From the NCBI GenBank assembly GCA_045630515.1, contig JAZQTG010000076.1:354299-418298 (forward strand): 64,000 bases of DNA, written 5' to 3'. This DNA is from Acutalibacteraceae bacterium (GTDB taxonomy: Bacteria > Bacillota > Clostridia > Oscillospirales > Acutalibacteraceae). Below are positions 18,649-26,837 of this stretch, one piece after another; the first letter of the stretch is position 1; the number at the start of each line of letters is the position of its first letter. The position numbers and the translations under genes are program-made. The notes below the pieces were generated by a model. The model did no database searches, was not told the DNA's origin, and worked only from the letters and a program-made list of their open reading frames with translations.

Positions 18649-19321
18649 CCTTTTTCTCCTTTTTTATTATTACAGCATTTTTAAACCTATCAACCGTCAT
18701 AATAAAAACATCTTTTTCGCTTAAATGTTTACCATTCAATATCTTTTTAATATCTGCAGAAGTCATCTCAATATCATCCATTCCGCGTTTCAGGAGTTTA
18801 CCATCACTAATAACAAGCGACGGGTATGAATCAGGCTCTGTAACCTTAGCACAATCCATTACACGTGCCGGTCTATATTGTGGTTTTTGCAAAACATTTA
18901 ATGTACCATTAGTTTCAATTACAGCATAAGAAACTTCATTCAAATCAAATATATTTTGACCGCGTAATAATTCCATAAGGTCGGCAACGGTTAGTCGCAT
19001 TTTTCTTAACTGCGACTGTAAAACCTTACCCTCTTTAATAATAAGCGCTGATTTACCATTTGTAATGTTGTTTAGCACATTAGATTTTAAGGTTATTACT
19101 GTCAAAGCAATTTCAAATGCAACCAAAGCAAAAATTGAAACAATTGACACTATTATCGGTTGTGATGTATCTTGTATAGGTACTGATGCTATTTCAGAAA
19201 TTAATATTGTTACTACTAATTCTGCCGGTTGCATATCACCGATTTGGCGTTTGCCCATAAGTCTCATTGCAACCATTACTAGTATATATAAAATTAATGT
19301 TCTTAAAACGGTAGTAAACAC
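18638..19321 (-). CDS. DUF421 (YetF-like) membrane protein
   Basis: The N-terminus MRLMGKRQIGDMQPAELVVTILISEIASVPIQD is the YetF/DUF421 signature. Confidence 0.8.
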   Translation of the reverse strand: MFTTVLRTLILYILVMVAMRLMGKRQIGDMQPAELVVTILISEIASVPIQDTSQPIIVSIVSIFALVAFEIALTVITLKSNVLNNITNGKSALIIKEGKVLQSQLRKMRLTVADLMELLRGQNIFDLNEVSYAVIETNGTLNVLQKPQYRPARVMDCAKVTEPDSYPSLVISDGKLLKRGMDDIEMTSADIKKILNGKHLSEKDVFIMTVDRFKNAVIIKKEKKGDE

Positions 19322-19369
19322 TTATATCACCGTTATTATTTTACCAACAAAAGAACTATATATACACAA

Positions 19370-19395
19370 AAACTCCGCCTATTACGGCGGAGTTT
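19370..19395 (-). terminator. Terminator of the XRE gene
   Basis: aaactccgcc / ggcggagttt hairpin with a U-run on the minus strand. Confidence 0.7.
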
Positions 19396-19426
19396 CTGCA
19401 GTATAGAAAAAAGGAGATTCAAAATC

Positions 19427-19723
19427 TTAATTGTTGTTTTTAATACCAAAAGTTAATTCATTATTTAACTTTTCTACATAGTTGAATTCAACTTCTCTTG
19501 AAAATAGACCGTTGCACTCAAAAACCTTTATAATGGCCAAATATGTATCCCAACCCATTGGTGCGGTTTTACGCTCAATATCCGAAATGGTTTGACGGCT
19601 TTTGCCTATCTTTTCAGCAAGTTCTGATTGAGATATATGTGCTAGTTTTCTAAATAAAGGTAAGTGTGCTACTAATTCGTCTATAAGTGTTTGGCGCCCG
19701 GTGCTAATTTTGAACTCAGGCAT
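19427..19723 (-). CDS. XRE-family helix-turn-helix transcriptional regulator
   Basis: HTH_XRE motif ISQSELAEKIGKSRQTISDIERK. Confidence 0.8.
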   Translation of the reverse strand: MPEFKISTGRQTLIDELVAHLPLFRKLAHISQSELAEKIGKSRQTISDIERKTAPMGWDTYLAIIKVFECNGLFSREVEFNYVEKLNNELTFGIKNNN

Positions 19724-19772
19724 AAATAATTCACCCTCTAAACTTACACAAATTTATAAATACTTTGTAATA

Positions 19773-19801
19773 ATTATACAAAATATTGAGATAGTTGTCA
19801 A
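19773..19801 (-). promoter_or_regulatory. Consensus promoter of the XRE gene
   Basis: The minus strand reads TTGACA, 17-nt spacer, TATAAT. It is followed by the inverted repeat tacaaagtatttataaatttgtgta over the predicted +1 region. Confidence 0.6.
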
Positions 19802-19990
19802 TTAAAATCAGTACAAATTGTGTATTTCGGCAGTTTTAACAATATCTTGACAAATTACTTTTCATATAAAATCTTAATTTTAGTTATTATATATAACTAA
19901 TTAATTATTTGTAAATATTTACTAAATTGCACTATGTTTTTTTGGTACATAAGACCTGTCGTGTTACTATAAAATCAAGATTATTAAAGG

Positions 19991-20023
19991 AAAACGGTAG
20001 CAAGTTTTATTTGCTACCGTTTT
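19991..20023 (-). terminator. Terminator of the Fe-S protein operon
   Basis: aaaacggtagca / tgctaccgtttt hairpin 8 nt after the stop at 20031. Confidence 0.75.
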
Positions 20024-20030
20024 ATACTTT

Positions 20031-20966
20031 TTATTTAAAGTCGTCTATTTTGAAGCGCCACTCTTCCCTTTTTCTAAACGGAGTTTTAAACTTCTTTTGT
20101 AGTTTACCTTGCTCTTCCAAATGAATATAGCAAGCCACATCGCATGCCCTACCACAAATTGAGCACTGATAAGCGTGCTGTGCCGGTGGATAGAAATAAA
20201 TATTATCTAAAATTTTCCTAGCCGTTTCAGGATCCACCTTTGCCTCGCCGCTGATAATTTTCAAGCGATTCTCAAAATCTTCAAATGCTTCGGGAGGCAT
20301 AAATGGGTTTTTTGTACCGTTTGCACCATTATAATAAACGGTACATTGCCAAGGGTCAACCTCTCCGTTAGTGTTTATAGCCTTGCCCGGACAAGCGTTA
20401 GCACACTTACCACAACCATCGCAAAGATGAGGTTCTACCATATCTGTTGGCTCAATTTCTGCATCTGTTAATATAAAGCAATACCTTACCATAGGACCAA
20501 AATCATCAGTTAAAAGGGTGTTATGAAAACCTTTTTCACCAAGTCCGCATTTAATAGCAGCATCCAAAAAGTCCATTTGTACTTCTTGTGATTTGTCTCT
20601 ATATACCGAATCGTATGCAACTTCAGGATTATTACTGTTTTTCTCTGCCATTATTTGTTGATGGCGACGTTGCGGCAACGCAATAAACCCCTCTTCTTCA
20701 ATTAAGTTTGCAACCCTGATACTTGCCATTGGCATAATAGTTTCTTCCATATTTTCAACGCCCATGGTGGTATATTGATAATATGTACTACCTTCTTCTA
20801 TACCACGATAAGCACCGCGAAGCACACGAAAGCCCAGTCCGATAACGGTTTTAGTTTCGGGCATTATTTTAAATATAGCATCATCTTTAGAAAAACGTGA
20901 AGCGGGTGCAAAACCTACTATATCTGCGCTGCATTTTTTTGCTAGTTCAATTATTCTATTTTTCAT
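20031..20966 (-). CDS. QueG/reductive-dehalogenase-like 4Fe-4S protein, paralog 3 (cytoplasmic)
   Basis: N-terminus LAKKCSADIVGFAPASRF, CGLGEKGFHNTLLTDDFGPMVRYCFILTDAEIEP, ferredoxin motif CDGCGKCANACPG, second Cys group W.C...CSICGRACDVAC. No Tat or signal peptide. Confidence 0.7.
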   Translation of the reverse strand: MKNRIIELAKKCSADIVGFAPASRFSKDDAIFKIMPETKTVIGLGFRVLRGAYRGIEEGSTYYQYTTMGVENMEETIMPMASIRVANLIEEEGFIALPQRRHQQIMAEKNSNNPEVAYDSVYRDKSQEVQMDFLDAAIKCGLGEKGFHNTLLTDDFGPMVRYCFILTDAEIEPTDMVEPHLCDGCGKCANACPGKAINTNGEVDPWQCTVYYNGANGTKNPFMPPEAFEDFENRLKIISGEAKVDPETARKILDNIYFYPPAQHAYQCSICGRACDVACYIHLEEQGKLQKKFKTPFRKREEWRFKIDDFK

Positions 20967-20967
20967 T

Positions 20968-21861
20968 TTATAGCTCTCCTATCAAATGCTTATAGCAGGC
21001 AATATCGCACTTTTTACCGCAAAGGCAAGGCGAATAACCCCACTGGGTGTTAGGTAAAAAATTCAATTGTTTATAGATTTCTCTAGCACTCGCACTGTCA
21101 AAACGCTTTTCGCCGTTTAAAATCTGCTCACGTTCGGGGTGCCCTTTTAAAAACTCATCAGTAATGAAAGGATTAGATTTATGCGCACCCTTATAGTATA
21201 CACTACACTGCCAGGTATCAAGCCCATTATCACTAATAGCGTTACCTGGGCAAGCCGTTTTGCATAAACCGCATTTATCGCAAATAGGTTCTTTTATAGG
21301 CTCATCATACTCTAATTCGGCATCTGTAATAATAAAGCAATAGCGCATAAACGGACCATATTTTTTGTTTATGATTTTACCGTTAAGACCTGCCTCACCA
21401 AGACCGCAAGCCTTAGCCGCTTTTGAAAAATCAATAATAACATCGGGTGTAGGTTTACCCTCGGCAACAGGCACAGCGTGTATAAGTTCGTATGTATCAA
21501 CAACTTCTGGATTAGTTTCTTTATCGCCTTTTATTCTAAGGTTTGGAACCGATTTTTGAAGGCAAGCATCATAACCAAAATTCTCAATAAATCCACCTAT
21601 TTTAAGAAGAAAGATTTCTGCTAATTCTTCATCTTCATACTTAACGCCAAGACTGGTATATGCATAATACTGATTTCCGTTATCCATAGCCTTATATAAG
21701 CCTTTTGGCACGGCAAATCCAAAACCTATAATGCTTTTTGCTTTTGGCAAAATCATTTTTGGGTCGCGACCTTTATTGTCTTCTTCGTAAACTCTACCAA
21801 TGCCGCAAAGTGTAGCACCTAGTTCACGTGCTTTGTTTTTAATCAATTCACTTGTTAACAC
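20968..21861 (-). CDS. QueG/reductive-dehalogenase-like 4Fe-4S protein, paralog 2 (cytoplasmic)
   Basis: ARELGATLCGIG, ILPKAKSIIGFGFAVPKG (as in the QueG N-terminus), CGLGEAGLNGKIINKKYGPFMRYCFIITDAELEYD, CDKCGLCKTACPG, CLCGKKCDIAC. Confidence 0.7.
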   Translation of the reverse strand: MLTSELIKNKARELGATLCGIGRVYEEDNKGRDPKMILPKAKSIIGFGFAVPKGLYKAMDNGNQYYAYTSLGVKYEDEELAEIFLLKIGGFIENFGYDACLQKSVPNLRIKGDKETNPEVVDTYELIHAVPVAEGKPTPDVIIDFSKAAKACGLGEAGLNGKIINKKYGPFMRYCFIITDAELEYDEPIKEPICDKCGLCKTACPGNAISDNGLDTWQCSVYYKGAHKSNPFITDEFLKGHPEREQILNGEKRFDSASAREIYKQLNFLPNTQWGYSPCLCGKKCDIACYKHLIGEL

Positions 21862-21873
21862 CTTTGCTGCCCC

Positions 21874-22953
21874 CTATCTGTCAAGTTTCCAAGGCTTGCC
21901 TGTGCGAAGTGGGTTTTTAAACCTATCTTCCATACAGCCGCCTTTTTTCTCTAGCATTGAAACACAGCCTCGGATACAACCGCCGCATTTTGCCATGTTA
22001 TAACCAACCCAACTTGGAAAATACTTCTGCAATGCGGTGTAGACCTTAACAACCTCAGTTTCGTCGGCAACATCTGTTACGCCTTCTAACAAATCAAGGG
22101 ATCCGTTTTCGTTCTTATCAAAAACATCCTTTGGAACGAACGGATTATAGTATCTGCCCGCATGGGTATAAAAAGCATAACAGCGCCACATATCTATATC
22201 GCCCCACTCACAAATCTTGCCTGCTAAATCAACAGTAAGTTTTTTATCAGAATTAATTGGAGGAATGCATCCGCCAGGGCACTCACGAACACAAGCGCCA
22301 CATTTACGGCAAAGAGGCTCGCCATTATACATCTCATCGTACTCAAGCTCTGCATCGGTAAATAAGAACGCTACCCTTTGCAACGGTCCAAAATCTTTAG
22401 TAAGTAGCATCTTACTCCAACCGATTTCACCAAGACCGCAAGCGACTGCTGCTAATCTGAACTGAAACTGCAAGTCAGGTGCAACGTTTATGTCTCTGGT
22501 TGCTCTGGTAAACTCAACACTGCGGTGATGAGCAGTTGCATTTTTAACCTGGTCGTTTGCCTCTATTTGCTCTTCGGGAGAAAGCGTACTTCCCTCTCTA
22601 CCATCCATATCCGAAACAGAACCACGCGCACCGGTGTTACGGTATACAAATGCTTCGTAACCTTCGTCCTCAATAAGTTTACCTACGTTATATAAAACTG
22701 CAGGTGCAAAAATTTCGTTAATACCGCCATATGCCATGGAAGGATATTGGAAGAACTGCGTACCCTCTTCAATACCCCGTTGAACACCACGTGGAATTCT
22801 GAAGACAAATCCAATTACACTTTTCGCCTCAGGGAAAAGGAACTGTGGATTCATATCATCAGGCGCACCGTCAAAACGTGACATTGGACCGATGCCACAC
22901 ATATCAGCACCCGCCGCTAAGGCTGCCTCTTTAATCATTTTTGATGTTAACAT
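21874..22953 (-). CDS. QueG/reductive-dehalogenase-like 4Fe-4S protein, paralog 1 (with internal insertion)
   Basis: ALAAGADMCGIG, CGLGEIGWSKMLLTKDFGPLQRVAFLFTDAELEYD, CRKCGACVRECPG, CGGCIRGC. It carries an extra hydrophilic segment of about 55 aa absent from the two paralogs. Confidence 0.7.
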   Translation of the reverse strand: MLTSKMIKEAALAAGADMCGIGPMSRFDGAPDDMNPQFLFPEAKSVIGFVFRIPRGVQRGIEEGTQFFQYPSMAYGGINEIFAPAVLYNVGKLIEDEGYEAFVYRNTGARGSVSDMDGREGSTLSPEEQIEANDQVKNATAHHRSVEFTRATRDINVAPDLQFQFRLAAVACGLGEIGWSKMLLTKDFGPLQRVAFLFTDAELEYDEMYNGEPLCRKCGACVRECPGGCIPPINSDKKLTVDLAGKICEWGDIDMWRCYAFYTHAGRYYNPFVPKDVFDKNENGSLDLLEGVTDVADETEVVKVYTALQKYFPSWVGYNMAKCGGCIRGCVSMLEKKGGCMEDRFKNPLRTGKPWKLDR

Positions 22954-22980
22954 ATTATTATCCCCTTTTTAAGTGTAGAA

Positions 22981-23922
22981 CTATGACCACTTTTCTTCAA
23001 TATTAACAAGCGTTAATGGTTCACCATTTTGCAAAGCATACGGATATATGCTATGCTGCGGCTCTAAAATATCTAATATATTACCCGAAAATTTGCCTCT
23101 TACATAACTTTCTACTACTGCAATAGGATTTCTATGTACCCTTGTTGCAAGTTTTATAGCTTTATATATGCCATTATATTTTTCGGTATCTTCAGGTCTT
23201 ATGAAATTTGTGTAGTTAATAAGTTTATTGTAATTTTTTGGATTGCTTAAAAACTCTTTACACATACCGCTAAAGTTATAAGCATTATCCATTTTTGAAA
23301 TTTCGTCTTCGTGGGCTACCAGATTATCGTGAAAAATGTGTGCAGAGCAATAGTTCAGACAACCGCTATTTCCAAGACCATAAAGTTCTTTTCCATTATC
23401 TTCTGCCCAGTTTTTTAAATTTAGAAGAGCGTTAATATCCCTATTAAGTTCGCGTCTTACATAAAAACTATCAAAATATTCAGCCAAATACTCCATGCCC
23501 TCTATGGTCCCAATCTCCATATTTACAGAGGCGCGCACCTCAATATCACTAAAGTTGTTTTTTGTGAATTTAGCAATAAGTGGAGACGTTGTTGTTATAG
23601 AATTAAGATTATAATTTGTTCTTACATAATCCATAGCCATACCAACGCTATTAAAGAAACTGCGAGATTGAGCATCCTTGCCATAGCAATTTGCATTAAA
23701 TAATATATTGAAAGCAATTCCGCCTTGGTTAAGTTTTTTTAGCGTTTCTAACTGTTTTGCCTGCATTTCCCAAGGAGTTATATTCTCATTAAGCAGTTGA
23801 TTACTTCTACCATTAGCAAAACTACTAAAAGAAAAATAAACCTCGTATATGCTATCGGCATTATTTAAAATACAATCAGTTAAACGATTATTGTTAAAAT
23901 TCAAACCTACCATATATTTCAT
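22981..23922 (-). CDS. Distant peptidase-U32-like TIM-barrel protein (first gene of the operon)
   Basis: Recognised by eye only, through loose collinearity with U32 proteins (YhbU/UbiU class): FNILFNAN, VRASVNMEIGT..., YVRRELNRD, ELYGLGNSGCLNYCS, IKLATRVHRNP. I chose the ATG at 23922, behind ggggtga. Confidence 0.45.
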   Translation of the reverse strand: MKYMVGLNFNNNRLTDCILNNADSIYEVYFSFSSFANGRSNQLLNENITPWEMQAKQLETLKKLNQGGIAFNILFNANCYGKDAQSRSFFNSVGMAMDYVRTNYNLNSITTTSPLIAKFTKNNFSDIEVRASVNMEIGTIEGMEYLAEYFDSFYVRRELNRDINALLNLKNWAEDNGKELYGLGNSGCLNYCSAHIFHDNLVAHEDEISKMDNAYNFSGMCKEFLSNPKNYNKLINYTNFIRPEDTEKYNGIYKAIKLATRVHRNPIAVVESYVRGKFSGNILDILEPQHSIYPYALQNGEPLTLVNIEEKWS

Positions 23923-24032
23923 GCTATCACCCCACATAACTTTATATATTGATTTTATCACTTTCTTCTGCTATTATTAAGAGAGAAATCAAACATAAAA
24001 TATAACAAAACAAACATTTTAGGGGTTGTAGT

Positions 24033-24875
24033 ATGACTATTGCTGAAATCAATCCATTTATTAGGTTTGCAGACCTTGTAAAATACCAAACCAGTAGTGG
24101 TAAGGTTTATGTTCGCGACTGCAGAATCTTCTATATATCTGCAGGTTGTGCCGAAATAACTATTGATAACCAACATTACAAGCTATCGGAAGACAGTATG
24201 TTTTATTGTCAAAATGGTAGCGTTTATGAAATTTCATCAACCAATGGCGCTGACATCCTTGCAATCAACTTTGACCTAACGCAAGAAAACAAAGACCAAA
24301 AAGATAGTTTTCTTCCTCAAATGTACAACGATTCAACAGCTAAAATGTTGCAACACGATATATCCGACAGTCCTTTTTTAAAAGGCTTTTTATACATACC
24401 TAACGGTAGTTTTTATAAATCAAAAATAAAGGCAATTATTACTGAGTTTCAGTCTTTAAGAATTTTAAGCAGAGAAAAAACCAGTAGCATGTTAAAAACC
24501 CTTATCTGCGAAATACACCAAAACTCAGGCAAAAAGTTTTCAACGGCTTACAAAACGATTAATAAAATTTTAGACTACATAAATCACAACCTTAATTTGC
24601 CTATTACCAATAACGAACTGGCAATTTTAGCAAACTACCATGAATATCACCTTAATAGGTTATTTTTACAAACTACAGGATTAAGTATACACCAATACAT
24701 CATTAAGCAACGAATTGAAGAAGCAAAACGATTACTGCAAAGCACCGAATTATCAGTTAGCGAAATATCAGAACAGGTTGGTTTCCAAACAAATGCATAC
24801 TTTTCCAGATACTTTAAAGAATCTACTAACTACACCCCATTACAATACAGAAAAACCTTTAAATCTTTTATTTAA
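24033..24875 (+). CDS. AraC-family transcriptional regulator (cupin sensor plus HTH)
   Basis: C-terminal double HTH_AraC (LAILANYHEYHLNRLF...GLSIHQYIIKQRIEEAKRLL...VSEISEQVGFQTNAYFSRYFK). Transcribed divergently from the U32-like operon. Confidence 0.85.
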   Translation: MTIAEINPFIRFADLVKYQTSSGKVYVRDCRIFYISAGCAEITIDNQHYKLSEDSMFYCQNGSVYEISSTNGADILAINFDLTQENKDQKDSFLPQMYNDSTAKMLQHDISDSPFLKGFLYIPNGSFYKSKIKAIITEFQSLRILSREKTSSMLKTLICEIHQNSGKKFSTAYKTINKILDYINHNLNLPITNNELAILANYHEYHLNRLFLQTTGLSIHQYIIKQRIEEAKRLLQSTELSVSEISEQVGFQTNAYFSRYFKESTNYTPLQYRKTFKSFI

Positions 24876-24993
24876 CACCCATTATTTTATTTGAAAGTAT
24901 ATACTCTTAAGTATTTATGGCATTAAATTTAGCCCTTGACTTAGTTCATTGTATGTAATAAAATTTTTACAGTAATTGTAAAGGAGTTTAATA

Positions 24994-26574
24994 ATGAACA
25001 CTTCTGCGAAACTTCAAAGTTTAATTGATAATCTTAATGACGGAGAAATTCTAAACCTTAACGGTGAAGACTTTTATTTAGATAAACAGATTACAATAGC
25101 GAACAAAAAAGGAATTGTTATTGACGGTGGCGGTACACAGATTATAACAAAATTTGTAAATTCTGCCGAATATTCTAAAAGTGTTGATGCATTTTTAATT
25201 GTGGGTTGCGAAGATATAACTCTTAAAAATATATATTTAGATACTGATGTTCCTACAAATGTTACCGCAACAGTTAAAGAAATTTTAACCGAGCAAAAGG
25301 CATTAATTTTAGAAGTAGACGACGTCTACAAAATAAACGGTAATGAAATACTAATGTCTTTTAACGCCATTGACGAAGAAGGCACCCCTTATCGTTTTGG
25401 ATACTACCAAAAACATCCCGATAAAAATATAATCACAGTTGTTCAAAACGAAGTTTTAGCGGCAAACACATATTGGACCGCTAAATACGACTATCTTGGT
25501 AACAACTGCTTTAAAGTTTACTTTGAACTGGATTCTTTCGGCAAATTAGAGATTGGCGATAGAATTTGTATTCGCCACACAATGTATGGTCCTAGCACTA
25601 TTGTTATTAGAGATAGTAACAACACTACCCTTAAAGATATCACAATGTATGCTACTCCCGGTATGGGTATAATGGTATTTCCCAGATGCAGAAATTTAAC
25701 CTTTGATGGAATTAAAATGGTTAAAAAAGATGGTAGTCATTCCCTAATGGCGTGCAACTGCGACGGAATACATTTAACAGGTGCAATGGGCAAGTTAATT
25801 ATGAAAAACTGCGAGTTTGACGGTATGGGCGATGATGCGCTAAATATACACACTATAGCTGCCACTTGTACTGATGTTGATTCGGTTAATAAAAAGATTA
25901 AATGTAACTACTGCAAGAAAAGTCCCGATGGCCCTTTGAAAGAAAACTGGTGCATAAAGGGTGATACTATTAAGGTTTTTGACCCATTATCAATGCAACA
26001 TATGGGAACATTCCAAGTAGTTGATTACAAAGACGGACATATAATTTACGAGAATTTACAAGGTGTCTTGGAACCTTCTTACATTATGCAAAACTACACC
26101 TTAACTGTTTCTTGCGAGATAACTGATTGCGAAATAAAAAACACACGTTCACGCGGTTTTGTTATTCAAACCGACAATGTAGAGATTAAAAACTCAAGAT
26201 TCTTCGGTTTGTCAAACTGCGCCGTTAAGGTTGCTTGTTGCTTTAGTTATTGGTACGAAGTTGGCCCTGCAACAAACTTTTATATGCACGACAATATTAT
26301 TGAAAAATGCGCTTATATTGATGTTAATTCCCCTGGAATTGGCGTTTTTACAAGGCATGATGGTAACAATGAAAAGGTTACCGGATTACACAAAAACATA
26401 AAAATAATAAACAATACCTTTAAGCGTATGAAAAACAATATGATTACAATTTCTTCCTCTGATAATGTTGAAGTTTGCGGTAATAAATTTATTTCCAGAG
26501 ATGAAAAAGAAATACCTCCTGTTAAATTTATTAGTTGCAACAACATTACTCAAAAGGACAACCAAGATATTTAA
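24994..26574 (+). CDS. Right-handed parallel beta-helix protein, GH28-like, without signal peptide
   Basis: Pectate-lyase-fold N-terminus (LNLNGEDFYLDKQITI..GIVIDGGG). Repeats carry NCDGIHLTG and GMGDDALNIH, which resemble the GH28 NTDG / GDDC motifs. Own promoter TTGACT-17-TAAAAT upstream. Confidence 0.6.
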   Translation: MNTSAKLQSLIDNLNDGEILNLNGEDFYLDKQITIANKKGIVIDGGGTQIITKFVNSAEYSKSVDAFLIVGCEDITLKNIYLDTDVPTNVTATVKEILTEQKALILEVDDVYKINGNEILMSFNAIDEEGTPYRFGYYQKHPDKNIITVVQNEVLAANTYWTAKYDYLGNNCFKVYFELDSFGKLEIGDRICIRHTMYGPSTIVIRDSNNTTLKDITMYATPGMGIMVFPRCRNLTFDGIKMVKKDGSHSLMACNCDGIHLTGAMGKLIMKNCEFDGMGDDALNIHTIAATCTDVDSVNKKIKCNYCKKSPDGPLKENWCIKGDTIKVFDPLSMQHMGTFQVVDYKDGHIIYENLQGVLEPSYIMQNYTLTVSCEITDCEIKNTRSRGFVIQTDNVEIKNSRFFGLSNCAVKVACCFSYWYEVGPATNFYMHDNIIEKCAYIDVNSPGIGVFTRHDGNNEKVTGLHKNIKIINNTFKRMKNNMITISSSDNVEVCGNKFISRDEKEIPPVKFISCNNITQKDNQDI

Positions 26575-26578
26575 AGCA

Positions 26579-26612
26579 AAACACCCTTGTAATTACAAGG
26601 GTGTTTCTTTTT
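26579..26612. terminator. Bidirectional terminator
   Basis: aaacacccttgt / acaagggtgttt hairpin plus a T-run. Confidence 0.75.
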
Positions 26613-26618
26613 GTAGTT

Positions 26619-26828
26619 TTATTTAAAGAATAATTTTTTCTGTTTTTCAAACAGTTCTTTTTTTCGCCTTTCTGTTTCATCATCATTAACGTAATAACCT
26701 TGTTCGTCTTCAACCAAAACACAGCCTTCTTTAACAGCACCACGTATGCTGCTAAGAGGGATATCTACAAAACAATCCCCTATTTCGCAAACGGCAAAGC
26801 CATTTTCTATTCTATCAACAATAATCAT
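26619..26828 (-). CDS. DUF3006 domain protein
   Basis: MIIVDRIENGFAVCEIGD..VDIPLSSI..AVKEGCVL is the DUF3006 pattern. ATG at 26828 behind aggtggg. Confidence 0.65.
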   Translation of the reverse strand: MIIVDRIENGFAVCEIGDCFVDIPLSSIRGAVKEGCVLVEDEQGYYVNDDETERRKKELFEKQKKLFFK

Positions 26829-26837
26829 ACTGCCCAC

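Noticed and set aside
23958-24176. 72-aa minus-strand ORF spanning the divergent promoter region and the AraC 5' end.
   Set aside because: It overlaps the AraC start on the opposite strand, has no RBS, and is a better explained as chance in AT-rich DNA.
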